Assembly (NCBI RefSeq): GCF_006345805.1 | Contig: NC_043008.1 | Location: 52,018,001-52,082,000, forward strand | Length of the DNA stretch: 64,000 nt | Reading direction: 5' to 3' | Source of the DNA: Octopus sinensis | Lineage: Eukaryota | In this document: one piece after another, positions 49,208-61,248 of the stretch | Layout: each line of letters starts with the position of its first letter | How positions within the stretch are numbered: the first letter of the stretch is position 1 | Notes under the pieces: generated by a model | The model's database searches: none | The model's input: the letters and a program-made list of their open reading frames with translations, nothing else | What the model was told of the DNA's origin: nothing | Made by a program: the position numbers and the translations under genes

Positions 49208-52200
49208 TTAAACTGGAAAGTAATCAGAAAATCAGGTGTAAATTTCTGTTTGATAGGGGTCTTTAAAGCTAAGTCACTATTTAAGAATATGGTATTCCAC
49301 TTACTACACTGATGACTTTCCTCATATCAAATTGTGTCTCAGTTAAAACCAAGCTAGATGGATAATCAACTTTAATTTATTTGTACTATACTTTACATGT
49401 CTTGTTAATTACATATTTCAATATAATTTCTCCACCTCTCAGTACAGTATATCTTATTTATACTATCATGGTAATTTACTCAATTTGATGTTTCATAATT
49501 GGTAATATTGCACTACATTTGTAATCTTGGTTGTTTATTCTTAATGGAAACATAATATGTTACCCAACCATGCAAAGCCTTTCATAATATTTGAACTCTG
49601 CTCTGTGAGATAAAATTGGACATCTTAATCATATCCCGTTTCAACCCTCTGCAGAGACTTTTTATCACTGTTATCATGTTAACCCTCTGGAAACACTATT
49701 CCTTAGTCATTGTGTGACCTCTTAGGTGTCACTGTTCATAAATATGTTGACCATCTGGAGACAGATACACTGTTCATTACTATCATGTTAATTCTCTAAT
49801 GACATAGTGTTTATCACTGTCATCATGTTAACCTGCTTGAGGCACTGTCCATTAATATCATTGTGTTGACTCTCTGGGAACACTTGTTCATTTTCAGGAC
49901 TGACTTAACTCTTTATATACTGTTCTTCTGTAACTGACTTTTATTTACCAGTAACAAACAGCCTTTTTTTTTAACCATCTTGTATCATCTGCTTGTACTC
50001 TATCTCCACACCAGTACAGTCTATCTCCTGTATATACAACAACTAGTGTTTTTGTAACTCTCTCATCCTCGGTCTTTCTTGTGCGTTACTATTGCTCATC
50101 AGCTCTTACTTTGTTCCTGTCCAATTCCTGTACTTACTGCCACTCTTTGATTACTGTACAATATCACACCTAAACAGTCTACCTTCCATATTTTTGAACT
50201 TTTGTGAATTTTCTGATAGATTTTGCAGCAAGATCTATCATTCACCATACACAGGTTCTTATAAGAGTAGATTCCTGTCCTGAGCTCCAGTGTAATTTCA
50301 GTATTAAGATATTTTGCTTATCTACACATAAGATATACCTCATCATCACCTTTCACTTTCAGATATTTCTTGTCATGTCCTCCTTGTTGCCAGCCACCAT
50401 AGCCTCTTGTTTTAAAGGTAGTCTTTGTTACAACCTAATTTTAAGACATTTTGTACAAAGTTGCCATTCAAAATATTTTCCTACTTTGACCTCTCACTTC
50501 AAGGCACTTGTCTTCATTCTTCTGGTCATTTGTTACTCATGCTAATGGACATGTATACATAGCAGTATCTGAATATAGATGTTCTTGAGGCGAATAAAAC
50601 AAAATCATAATTATATTGTTTAATCAAGCTAAAACTGGTGTATATCATAACGATCTCCCCACTCTTTATATAGCTATACACCTAGTGCTAGAGTTATTTG
50701 TGATTAGTGTAGCTGACACAGTTCTAGTGTTACAAGTGATTAATCTGGCCAATCTATCTATACACTGTGTTGGAGTTATCAGTGATTAATATGACAGAAA
50801 TAGTTTTCACTTCCTGCAAACAATAAATAGACTGTTACCTTTATCTGGACAATTATACACTTGGCTCTCCCTCTTATTCTGCCTCCATGTAAACATTTGT
50901 ACTCCTGGTTCTACTTCCATTAATTAATACTACCTACCTTGATATTAATTAGTGTTTTTAAAAGGTATTTATTTATTTGTTTTATCTTATATACCTAGGA
51001 GTACTCACACCAGGTACTACTCAGTCTCCTCTTCTGCATGCCACATCATCTCAACATGCTTGTATAATTATTACTTTTCAGTATTTTAAGGTTATTTTTT
51101 TCCTTGTATAGCATAATGTTTTGGCAGTGGCAGTAATTAAGAAAGATGCCAACCACTTTGTTAAATGAACCAGATGTGTTTGTAGTTGCACGTTACTATG
51201 GAGAATGTCTTTCCAAACTGTAAATGATAGAAGTGTTTATCAGTTTGTCAGTGAGATGAGAGATAGAGACTGGGGTTTCTAGTTGTGGTAATGGTGGGGA
51301 CATACATTGGAGAAAGAATGGAACGGTGGAGGGAAAAACTAATTAGCTGATCCTTTATTTCTTCACCAAGTGCCACACATGAAGCATTAGTTTTCACTTC
51401 ATCATGTCACACCGTTACACACCGTGTGTTTCTATTTCTGGTATTTTTTGTGTCAGCCATAGACCATCACTAACCTCCTTATTTAGTACCAAATCAGTCC
51501 TGATCAAGCAGACCTACAATTAACCGTGTTCCAGCTCTGACCATCTGCTCTTTTTCTCGAGAATAATGTATCTAGGACTATATCATTCAATGTGTTTTTA
51601 CTTCCTTATTTTTAAAGAAAGTATGTATTGATTTGAAGGAGATTTGGCTGTTGTCTCTAGCAGGTCAAATGAAGTTCATGTAGAAGTTTCCTCATTGACT
51701 TATGCCAGAAGGCCAGTTATTTGTTAAAAACATAAAATATAAATAGATTGAGGGCAAGATAAAGTAATCCAAATGAAGTATTCATTGTTTTATCCAAAGT
51801 ATGAATATAAGGAGATAAAAGAATTTTCAAAATAAAATTGAACTACGGGAAGGCTGGGAATAGACTAAACATTGCAGAGAACTGGATCTGGCCCATGGGT
51901 CATATTTTTGTCTCCCTTAATATATAACTCTGATGTATGTTGGGTAAGGACAGAAAGAGTACAACTGTAAATACCGGCAAGTGAAATGGGGGTTCCTCCG
52001 AAGGCTCTCTGCAGTAACATTACTTGACAGAGTCCATAGCTCTTAAAACCTCAGCAGTTCAGTTGAGGGTATTGACTTTCGGGTAAATGTTTAGGCAAAT
52101 CGTACAAATTTCAACAGTACCCTGTATCCTTGGTCAAAATCCACCTGTTGCAAATTGAATTATTGAAGGTTAATACACACGTAACAAGAAAAATTTTCAC

Positions 52201-53804
52201 ACGCCTTACCCAGACAAACCAAACTACATCTCTTCTCTTCCACACATTTCTCTTTCATGCTTATCTCTCACTCCCCAATCCTGTCCTCACTGCCCTGCTA
52301 ACTGTATCATTGCCATACCATAGTCCCCCACCCCCTCTAATCACCCAGGTTTTCCGCCAGTCACTGCCTTCCCTACCCCAACACTCTGTGGATCCATGTG
52401 ATGTCTTCACTCCATACTCACCCTTCATTGGTGATACCTTGCCACTCATATTATGACTTGTGTACTTTGAGAGTATGCCCTGGCACTTGCTCCTCCATTT
52501 CTCTCTCTCTTCCTTTACCATCTCACTTATATTCTGATCCCCTTCCTTGTGAGTATGCCCTGTAACTTTAACGCCATCTCTCTCCTGCTCTCCCTTGCAA
52601 TCTTGCTACCTTCCATCTTCTCTCTTTCTCTCTCTCTCACCATGTTCCTCCTCCAATGCCCTATCCCCTCTTAAAGGATCTTTGTCTTGTAAGTTATTTA
52701 GTGACTCTGCCAGTGCTGGTGCCACGTAAAAAGCATCCACTGAAGTGGTTGGCATTTGGAAGGTCATCCAACTGCAAAAACCATGCCTAAACCCACCTTG
52801 CCTGTACTGGTGCCATGTAAAAAGCACTCAGTCCACTCTGCATGGTGATTGGTCTTAGGAAGGGCATCCAGCCATGAAACCCATGTCAAAACAGATATAG
52901 AAGTTTGGTGCAATCTTTTGCCTGATCAGCTCCTGTCAAACCATCCAATCCATGGCAGCATGGAAAGCAGATGTTAAATGATAATGATGGTAATGATGAT
53001 GATGAACCCATTAACTGTGAAATTAAATTTCATAGTTATTCCAATAATGATGTGACATATCTACCAAAGAATAGAATTGGCATTTTCAGCAAGTAAACTG
53101 GACATATCACAACAGGAAGTAGTCTTCAAAGAAGACATTTTTCAACAAAAGGTAGATTGGTATATAAAACTGCTTTCCGAAGTTAAGAGTGATGAAATTT
53201 TGAGTGGATATATCTGATTTCAGCAGTAAAAGAGTTAAACATTTTGTATCCTAGCAGATAATTTGGTTATCGACTTTGGATACATATTTAGGTAAATACT
53301 ATATATTCCAACATTTTCCCACCGTATCGTTGGTCATAACTCTTCGCTCTTATTCACTCATATTCTTCTTAACCATAGTAAAAATGTCAAAATTAATACA
53401 TACCAGTAACTTCTTAAAGTTCATTGATGCAGTTTGAATCATTGAAGGTTAATTACATTTGTTTAGACAGGTTTTTTTTTACCTGTAACAAGATCATACT
53501 GCACTTAAGAAATGAGTCAGAAGTTCAAACAGGTAACTATTGTTTTCACCATCACTGCTGTTTCTGTGTCTGCCTTTTCCATGATGGCATGGGCTGGATG
53601 AAGCTTATTGAGACAGTACTCCACTGCTAGATGCCTGTCCAGACACCTATCCTTGTTTCCTGTGTAAGAAGGTATTGTATTCCACAGCTTCACATTAACT
53701 GCTGAGCTGTTTGTGCAGAGCATAGACAGCTTCATTGTTAGCTGACTAACATTGATGCACAGACGCAAATATGTTTTTTGAACAATGCACGCAACCACAC
53801 ACAA

Positions 53805-53838
<34 letters not shown>

Positions 53839-54109
53839 ACACACACACACACATACACACAGAGACAGACAGACAGACAGAGCTTCTATTTAACTAGTTT
53901 CACTCATAAGGCATCAACTGACCTGAAACTTTTGAAGACATCTACCCAAACTACCACAAGTAGGGGACTGAACTTGAAACCATATGGTTGCAAATTAAAC
54001 TGCTAAATTATTCAGCCATGCCTGCATATAATAATGTTAATAATGATAATTATAGTAATGAATTGTTGGAAAGACACTTGGCAAGAAGCGGAAGCAAAAT
54101 TGGAAGATG

Positions 54110-54228
54110 ATGATGATAATAATATTGATAATAATAATCATGATAAGGAAATGATGATTAATAGTAAAAATGATAATAGTAATGATAATAATGATAGTAA
54201 CAATGATGATGATGTTGATAATAATAAG
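54110..54228. repeat. Degenerate (GAT/AAT)n low-complexity tract
   Basis: Direct. Confidence 0.85.
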
Positions 54229-54995
54229 GGTTTCAAATTATGGCATAAGGCCGAAAAGTTTAGGAAAGGAGGTAAGATGATTACATCAACCCCAGTGCTC
54301 AACTGGTACTTATTTTATCAATCCCGAAAGGATGAAAGGCAGAGTTACCTTCGACTGGATTTGAACTCAGAATGTAAAGAGTTGGAAGAAATGCCATTAG
54401 TTCACTCTCTGCCATAAGAAGAAGAATGTGTATAATAGCATTTTTTTTTTTTTTAAGGAAATACTTGTCAAGTATGGTCTGCCAAACATGTTATTTATTG
54501 GTTAACAAGTTTGATGTAATCATACAGCTGAAAATAATTGTACAGTCAAACCTCCATTAATTCTTCAACAAGATGTAAATAATTCCACCAAATCCAATTT
54601 TATGTTGATTTAGGTGAGCAATATTTATTTAAAATGATGCCACAATTAAACTACACCAGAATTAAACAATGCGGAAAAGTTTATAACTTTTACTACTGTA
54701 TCTTCCAGCATATAAGTCAAATTTTTACAAGACCAAAATTTATAGCCAAAAACAGGTTAAGTTGACTTATTCATCAAGACAACTTTGAAGGACGAAAAAC
54801 TTCCATGTGAAATGCAGCAGGATATGGAGAGACAGTGATGATGTTTGAATCGTTACATGTTTACACCGTTCACTACTTTAACTCGAATGCCTGAAAATAC
54901 AGTAAATGCTATTGATTCATCATCCTTATTTAATACCCTCTTTTCCATGTCTGCATGGACCTGACAGAATTTGATGAGGTAGATATTCTATGTCA

Positions 54996-55425
54996 GTTAA
55001 GTTAAGTTAAGTTAATTTTTTGGCTCAAAAAGCAAAAAGCAAGGCCATGTAGGGGGACATGGAGTTATTTACAGGGGTGTTCATGCAAAGAGTTCAGGCC
55101 ATTTCTGATCAAGAGAGGCTTTGAACTGAGCGGTCGTCAACATCTTCACTATCTTGTCTGGCAGCTTATTCCACGGATCCACAACCCGGACGGAGAAAGC
55201 CCCTCTCCTTCGATTGAGATGAAATCGTCACAGATGGAGCTTTTCGGAGTGACCCCGCAGCCTACGCTCTGGAGCAGGAGTGAAGAACTGCTCTTTTGAG
55301 AGGTTACACTTTCCACTTATGATGTTGTGAGCAAGAATGAGATCACCACAGCGTCGTTGTTTTTCTAGAGAATAAAGGTCGAGCATCTTCAGCCTTTCTT
55401 CATAAGACAAATTCTTGAGACCAAG
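54996..55425 (-). mobile_element. 5'-truncated CR1-clade LINE 3' end with (TTAAC)4 tail
   Basis: Minus strand LSYEERLKMLDLYSLEKQRRCGDLILAHNII...RLRGHSEKL-*-RFHLNRRRGAFSVRVVDPWNKLP...FKASLD, the typical CR1 C-terminus. Tandem gttaa x4 at 54996-55015. Confidence 0.88.
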
Positions 55426-55643
55426 CTGCCTTTCCTGTCACCAACACTCACCTGTTTCCAAGCAAGGTTATATTTCCTTACGGCCAGACATGTTTTTCAC
55501 AGAAGAATGGATACTTACCATCATGTGATGTCTAGACAAGGTACACACAAACACATAAATTAGGTATGACAAGATCGTTAGTATAAAAGAAAATCCATCA
55601 AAATTTACCCTCCAATTTAATTAAGGATATAAACTATTGCATA

Positions 55644-56400
55644 ATCATCATCATTTAATGTCCATTTCCATGCTGGACAGCTTGACAGGAGATGGTGAGG
55701 CTAGGGGCTGCATCAGGTTCCAGAGTCTGTTTTGGCCTGGTTTCTACTGCTAGCTGCCCTTCCTAATGCCATCTATTTTACAGTGTGTACCAGGTGCTGT
55801 TGACATGGTGTCATCACCAGTTCTTTTTATCCGACACCATCACCAGTTCTTTTTCACATTCTGTTGCTGTGGTTGGGTCTTCTTGAGTACAGCAATACAT
55901 CATATATTTTGGTCCTTTGTCATCTCATTCGTTAAGTTCAGTGTTTTGAGATCAGCTATCAATACTTCATCCCATGTCTTCCTTGGGTTTCCCTCTTCTA
56001 TAAGTTCCATCCACTTTAAGTGATCAGCACTTCTTTATGTAACCGTCCTCATCCATCTGCTTCACATGACCAAACAAAACAGTCTTCCCCTCTTGCACAT
56101 TGCATCTAATTCCTCTTATGCCTATCTTTTTTCTCAATACACTAGCACTCTGTTGCATATGTACACTAACATTGCACGTCCAATGGAGCATACCAGCTTT
56201 GTTCCTCTCTAGTCTCCACATGTCCTCTGCATTCAGGACCCACATCTCACTATCATGTAACATAACAGTTCATACAGATGCATAATACAATCTTCCTTTC
56301 ACCCGGGAAGAGAGAGAGAGAGAGACTTTTGGTTGCATCTTAGGTAAAAGCTCTCTGCATTTTCTCCATCCTATTCTTATTCGAGGGTTAATATTTTTGC
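55644..56400 (-). mobile_element. Old 5'-truncated RTE LINE 3' end (ORF C-terminus + 3'UTR + (ATG)n tail)
   Basis: Minus-strand RIRIGWRKCRELLP...MLHDSEMWVLNAEDMWRLERN...FGHVKQMDEDG, continuing into an AGGAAGGGCA motif and an ...CATTAAATGATGATGAT tail. Confidence 0.85.
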
Positions 56401-57269
56401 TGCCATGTAATATTGCTTACTGGGAAGAAAAATATTTGTAATGTTGTTATTGTTATCATTAGGATATACTAAAAACAATGATGATGTAATAAGTCCTGCA
56501 TTATAAAAAAAAGTTCTAGATTCCAATGTATGGAATATCAGTTGCTGTTGTTTAGACTAAGAGGTGCTACTTTTAAATGTCATCTGCTCATGTATGATGT
56601 AAGTAACTATTTTTAGGCCTGTTTCTTTTCTTAATTTCTCTTTTGTGAGTGTGTTTCATAAGGGAGGGGATATGTTCCTCTTCTTTGTGTCAGGACCACC
56701 TTCAGTGGAAGGGTACATGAATAAATTTGATATGGAATTTGTGAAAGTTGGTGGTTAGTATTCAGTAAGAATACTTTAGAGGCAAGCATATTCCAGAGTG
56801 GGAATGGTTGAATAAATAAGGGACAGTTTTTTTTTTTATTTTATGAGAAAAGGGGTCAGAGGAGTTGTAACATGTGGAAAGGCTAGTGAATTTAGGTAGT
56901 TTTAGCTGAAAAGTTTAGAAAAAAATTCTGTTAAGGATACAAATATGCAGATATAATTTAAACAACTAAGGAAGCATGTAATGCCTGTAATGCTTTCTGG
57001 ATTTAGCTAAAAGGAAGTTTTCTCTAGAGATTAGTATGCCAATAAGTACATAGAGGGCTGTTTTGTGTTCCCTGAAGAAGAAAATGTTATTCAAGTTCTT
57101 GTGGTTTTTTAATAATTGTCTTAGCATGGCAAATGTTGTGGCTGGAACACGATTTTATGTTTCCAAATTCTAAAATAATCCTTCTAAACTGACTAGACTA
57201 ATTTATCAGTTTCTGTGTGGGTGTTAGTGTGAAGAAAGGGTTTGATGTCTTTAAGAATAAGTGTGTGTG

Positions 57270-57345
<76 letters not shown>

Positions 57346-57352
<7 letters not shown>

Positions 57353-58643
57353 CTTGAGGACATACCTTTTTTGGGTCATTGCTGCATTTTTTTGCTAACT
57401 CTGTATAATCTTGTTTTAGAAAATAATAATGGCAGACCCTCAGCTTACCTATATTAACAGTTTAGATCTTAATTATAAAAAACATATGAAACCATTATTC
57501 AATGCTAATTCAAGAAATGAAGAGGTATGCAGTTATTGTGGTTATAAAGTCTGAGCATAGCGATTTAGAAATATCTCAATTTTTAAAAGTTCGTCTACAA
57601 AGTTTGTAAGGAGCTAGAGACTGAAAATGGAATCATATCACCAGTGTCAAAGCATAAAATGCATTCTAAACACTCTGAAATCATCAGAACACCTGAATTA
57701 TCCAGCAAGTTCAACAGACCATTGATTACAATCCCAGAAAGTTCATGAGGTCAATTGCAAAAGATCTCCATGTGTCAGAAGGAACAATCAGATATGTTGT
57801 TCACAAAGACATCAGATATATCTTATATGATGAGGAAAGGTCAATTTGTCAGAAAAAGCAAAAGAAAATCACTACATCAGATCTAAAAGATTCTTAAACA
57901 AACTGAAAAATCCAACAGAGGAAGATTTGATTTGGTTTTACTCAAACGAGAAAAACTTCGACCAAGATCAAAAAGTTAACAGAAGAAATGACAGATGGTT
58001 ATGTGCAAACCCTTTTGAAGTTCCAAGTGTTATGCATACAAAATTCTTGCAACTGTCATGGTTTTAGGGGTTGTCAGCATTGGACATGTGATGCCTCCTT
58101 ACTTCTTTCCAAAAGGCCTTAGAGTTAACGCTGCTGTCTACTTTGAGGTCCTGGAAACAATTGTTAAGCCCTGGATAGACAGTGTATGCAATGGGAGGTC
58201 ATATGTGTTTCAGTAAGACTGCACTATCACACATCGCTCTAATAACATAGGAATGGATGGCTGAAAATTTTTGTGATCACTTAACACCTAACATTTGGCC
58301 TCCTAATTCCCCAGATCTCAATCCATGTGGAGTATTGTTGAGAGAGAGGTCAATGAACATGCCCATAATATCAAAGATTCTTTGAAAGATGCTTTAGTCA
58401 GAGTAATGTCCAAAATGAACCAGGACCACTTCATTTGAGCATGTAGATGATTTAGATCTCCTACAGAAGCAGTTGTAAAAGCTGAAGGTGGCTTTATTGA
58501 ATAACATAGAAAAGAAGGTTTATTTTTATCTTCATAGCATTTTTTGATAAATAAAGTTATCTGTTATTATATATCTGGGGTTTTTTTAATTTTTTTTTTT
58601 ATATATAAATATAAATCTGTCCTGAAATATCTTACACACCCTG
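57346..58643 (+). mobile_element. Degenerate DD37D (maT-like) transposon in a (TA)n run
   Basis: RFLNKLKN...WFYSNEKNFDQDQKVNRRNDRW, then GHVMPPYFFPKGLRVNA and NIWPPNSPDLNP remnants. Right end ...cttacacaccctg|TA; left end degenerate (tagggt). Confidence 0.85.
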
Positions 58644-60499
58644 TATATATGTGTAAGAGTATAAAAAAAAAATTGCATCCCTCTACCAAGCCATGTTGTA
58701 TCAGTGTAGTAGAATAGGCTCATCAAACCAGCATGAGCTCAAACTCAAATTCACATCCTCCACATCAGACTGTGGTTGGTAGAAAGAGCATGCCGAGGCC
58801 TTCATCCTGAGGTTAACTGAACATAGGCAATTCAATCCAATCTAATATATAATGTAATGTTTTGTTATTGGTAGGGTCAGGAAGAAATTACTTCATTCAG
58901 TGAGAGATAAATATTTTTTATACACACGATTTAAAGTCAAGCTACTACTATCAGTTCCATACTTTGAAAACACAATGGTCAGACAAACTTGTAAAGCATG
59001 CTGTATGTTACCATGCAATCTTTCAGATTCAAATATAAAACATGTATGTTTGAGTCTGAAAGAAACTAAAAGCATGAAACTGATGGCAGCTGGAATTTAA
59101 ATCCTGTGTATATTGATATACTGAGTTGTATAAAATATAGATTCAGAGATTCATGTGGCTATCACACTAAGCTCCTCCTATGCTCTTGGCTATCAGTCAA
59201 TGTAGTTCTCAATTATGTTGTAGTGTAATGTGATGAGTTCATGTTAATGGAAGATCTGTGTTATAAAGTCTTCAGGGAGAAGTAAATAATGCAAAAAATA
59301 AGGAGGTGAGAGATGTGAAGATAGATTATTTTACCATATGATTTCCATAGGATTACAACTGTTTCATAACTTCATGCAGTTTTAATTTTGGAATGCAAAA
59401 CATTATACTTACATGTATGCTCTGCATTATAATGCAAATAGAGAAAGCTAAGTCATCAGATCACCAGAACATCATGGTTATACCTATGGTCTATATAAAT
59501 TCAGTTATTTTTTTTTATAGAATTTTAAATATTGCTGTTCATCTGTTAGTGACAAGTACACATTTTTCTGTTTTACTAAAGGGCCAATTGTAAGGGATTA
59601 GTGTTTTCTTTTTTTTTTTTTTGTTATGTTATTGATGTTTAATGATAATGGCTAGAATGCTGCCTGAACTTGTTTTCAGGAAATTCATTTTCTTTTATAT
59701 GTTTGCATGGGTTGGCTGGTTTATTTGCTGTTGGAAATACTTTTGTAGCTGTACACCCTCCTTAGTATTGCCTATTCAACAACTATCAAGTAGGAGTGGA
59801 ACTTGCTTTTAGCCAGTCCTACAAAGTGGAGCAAGCCATGTACCACGTTCAGGGACTAATGCAATAATAGCTGTAACATTTGACCTCCTGATTCTGTGAA
59901 TTGTCTAGAATGTACAGGTTTATTTCTAGCTGTCAGACTAATAGAATGTTTTGCTATGTTTATTCTAGTTATTTACATTATTCATGAGCAGCCTGTGGAC
60001 TTCCTGAATGGTATGCCGAATGAAAAGTTACCTTAGATTTTTTTAGTAATGTAGCCCACCCGATGATGAACCATGTGTCCTGTAGCCTGCTTCTCAAAAA
60101 CACCATTGCCTCTGCCCAGTTTACAGATTGAGTTCAAATTGCACTGAGGTCACCTATGGCTTTAATCCTTCTGGTATTAATAAAATAAAGTCCCAGTCAA
60201 GTACTGATAATGATTTAATCAACCAACACCCTCTATACAAATTTCTGGCCTTGTGCCTACTTTAAAAACAACTATGTTCACCATTTGAGAGCTGTTGCAT
60301 CTAATTCTTTGCTGGTCTTTTTTTTTTTTGTGTGTCCTAATTTTAACACCTTAGTAGTGCATTAGCAGTGTCCTGTATCAGTGCTGTACTGCAGTATAAA
60401 ATTTATTTATAGATTTTAACCTACTCTCTATGCATAAACAGGTGCTTCTCTCCCCATCTGTGTATGCGTATAATATTTTTTTTTTTTTTTTTTTTTTTT

Positions 60500-61248
60500 C
60501 GTTTAGACTTGTCTCCAGGTTCATAGCCACTCTGATTTTTCAATTTTTCAATTTTTCGTTTAGTATTGTCTCCCGATTCATACAACCCATTTGCTAGCTC
60601 ACGATTAACAGAACCTCTTTACTCAGCTACGGTGTTATATTAGCTATCAATAATGATATTCCCTCTGATTTTTCTGATTTTCAAACCTATTTATCTAATG
60701 TTTATTTATCGACAATGCCGTCCCCAGTCAAATTCCCTCACACCGCTTATTGTCACGTGTCCCTTGACCTCTCTCTCTAACTAACCCTATCTCTCTCTCG
60801 CTATGTCCCCCCTTCCCATAACCATCATCGCCATGGTCCTCTATGCCCCCCCTCCCCAAAACCATCATCGCCATACATAAAAGAGCGATCGCATTTATCG
60901 TTAACCCCACTCGCTTCAAAATATCTAAAGAATACGCACAGATCATGAATGGCTAAAAGTTAAGTGAATCGTCCAACCTCGCTACGACTACCTTCTTTCT
61001 TGCACTTATCCTTATTCTTTCTCTATTCTTCAATTTCCATCTCATTGTATTGTCCCTCATTCTTTCAGTATTCCCTCATTACCCTGTCTAGCTCAAACAT
61101 TTAAAAAATTTTTTTTTTTTCGTTTAGACTTGTCTCCAGGTTCATAGCCACTCTGATTTTTCAATTTTTCGTTTAGTATTGTCTCCCGATTCATACAAAC
61201 CCATTTGCTAGCTCACGATTAACAGAACCTCTTTACTCAGCTACGGTG
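60500..61248. repeat. Direct repeat of about 130 bp (60500-60634 and 61121-61248), each preceded by poly-T, immediately upstream of the RTE ORF
   Basis: cgtttagacttgtctccaggttcatagccactctg...ctttactcagctacggtg occurs twice, differing only by two small indels. Confidence 0.9.

Noticed and set aside
49620-49900. Loose ~60-bp tandem repeat (ttatcactgttatcatgttaaccctctg)
   Set aside because: Old degenerate minisatellite with no further structure; similar minor tandem duplications at 3230-3370 and 8310-8600.
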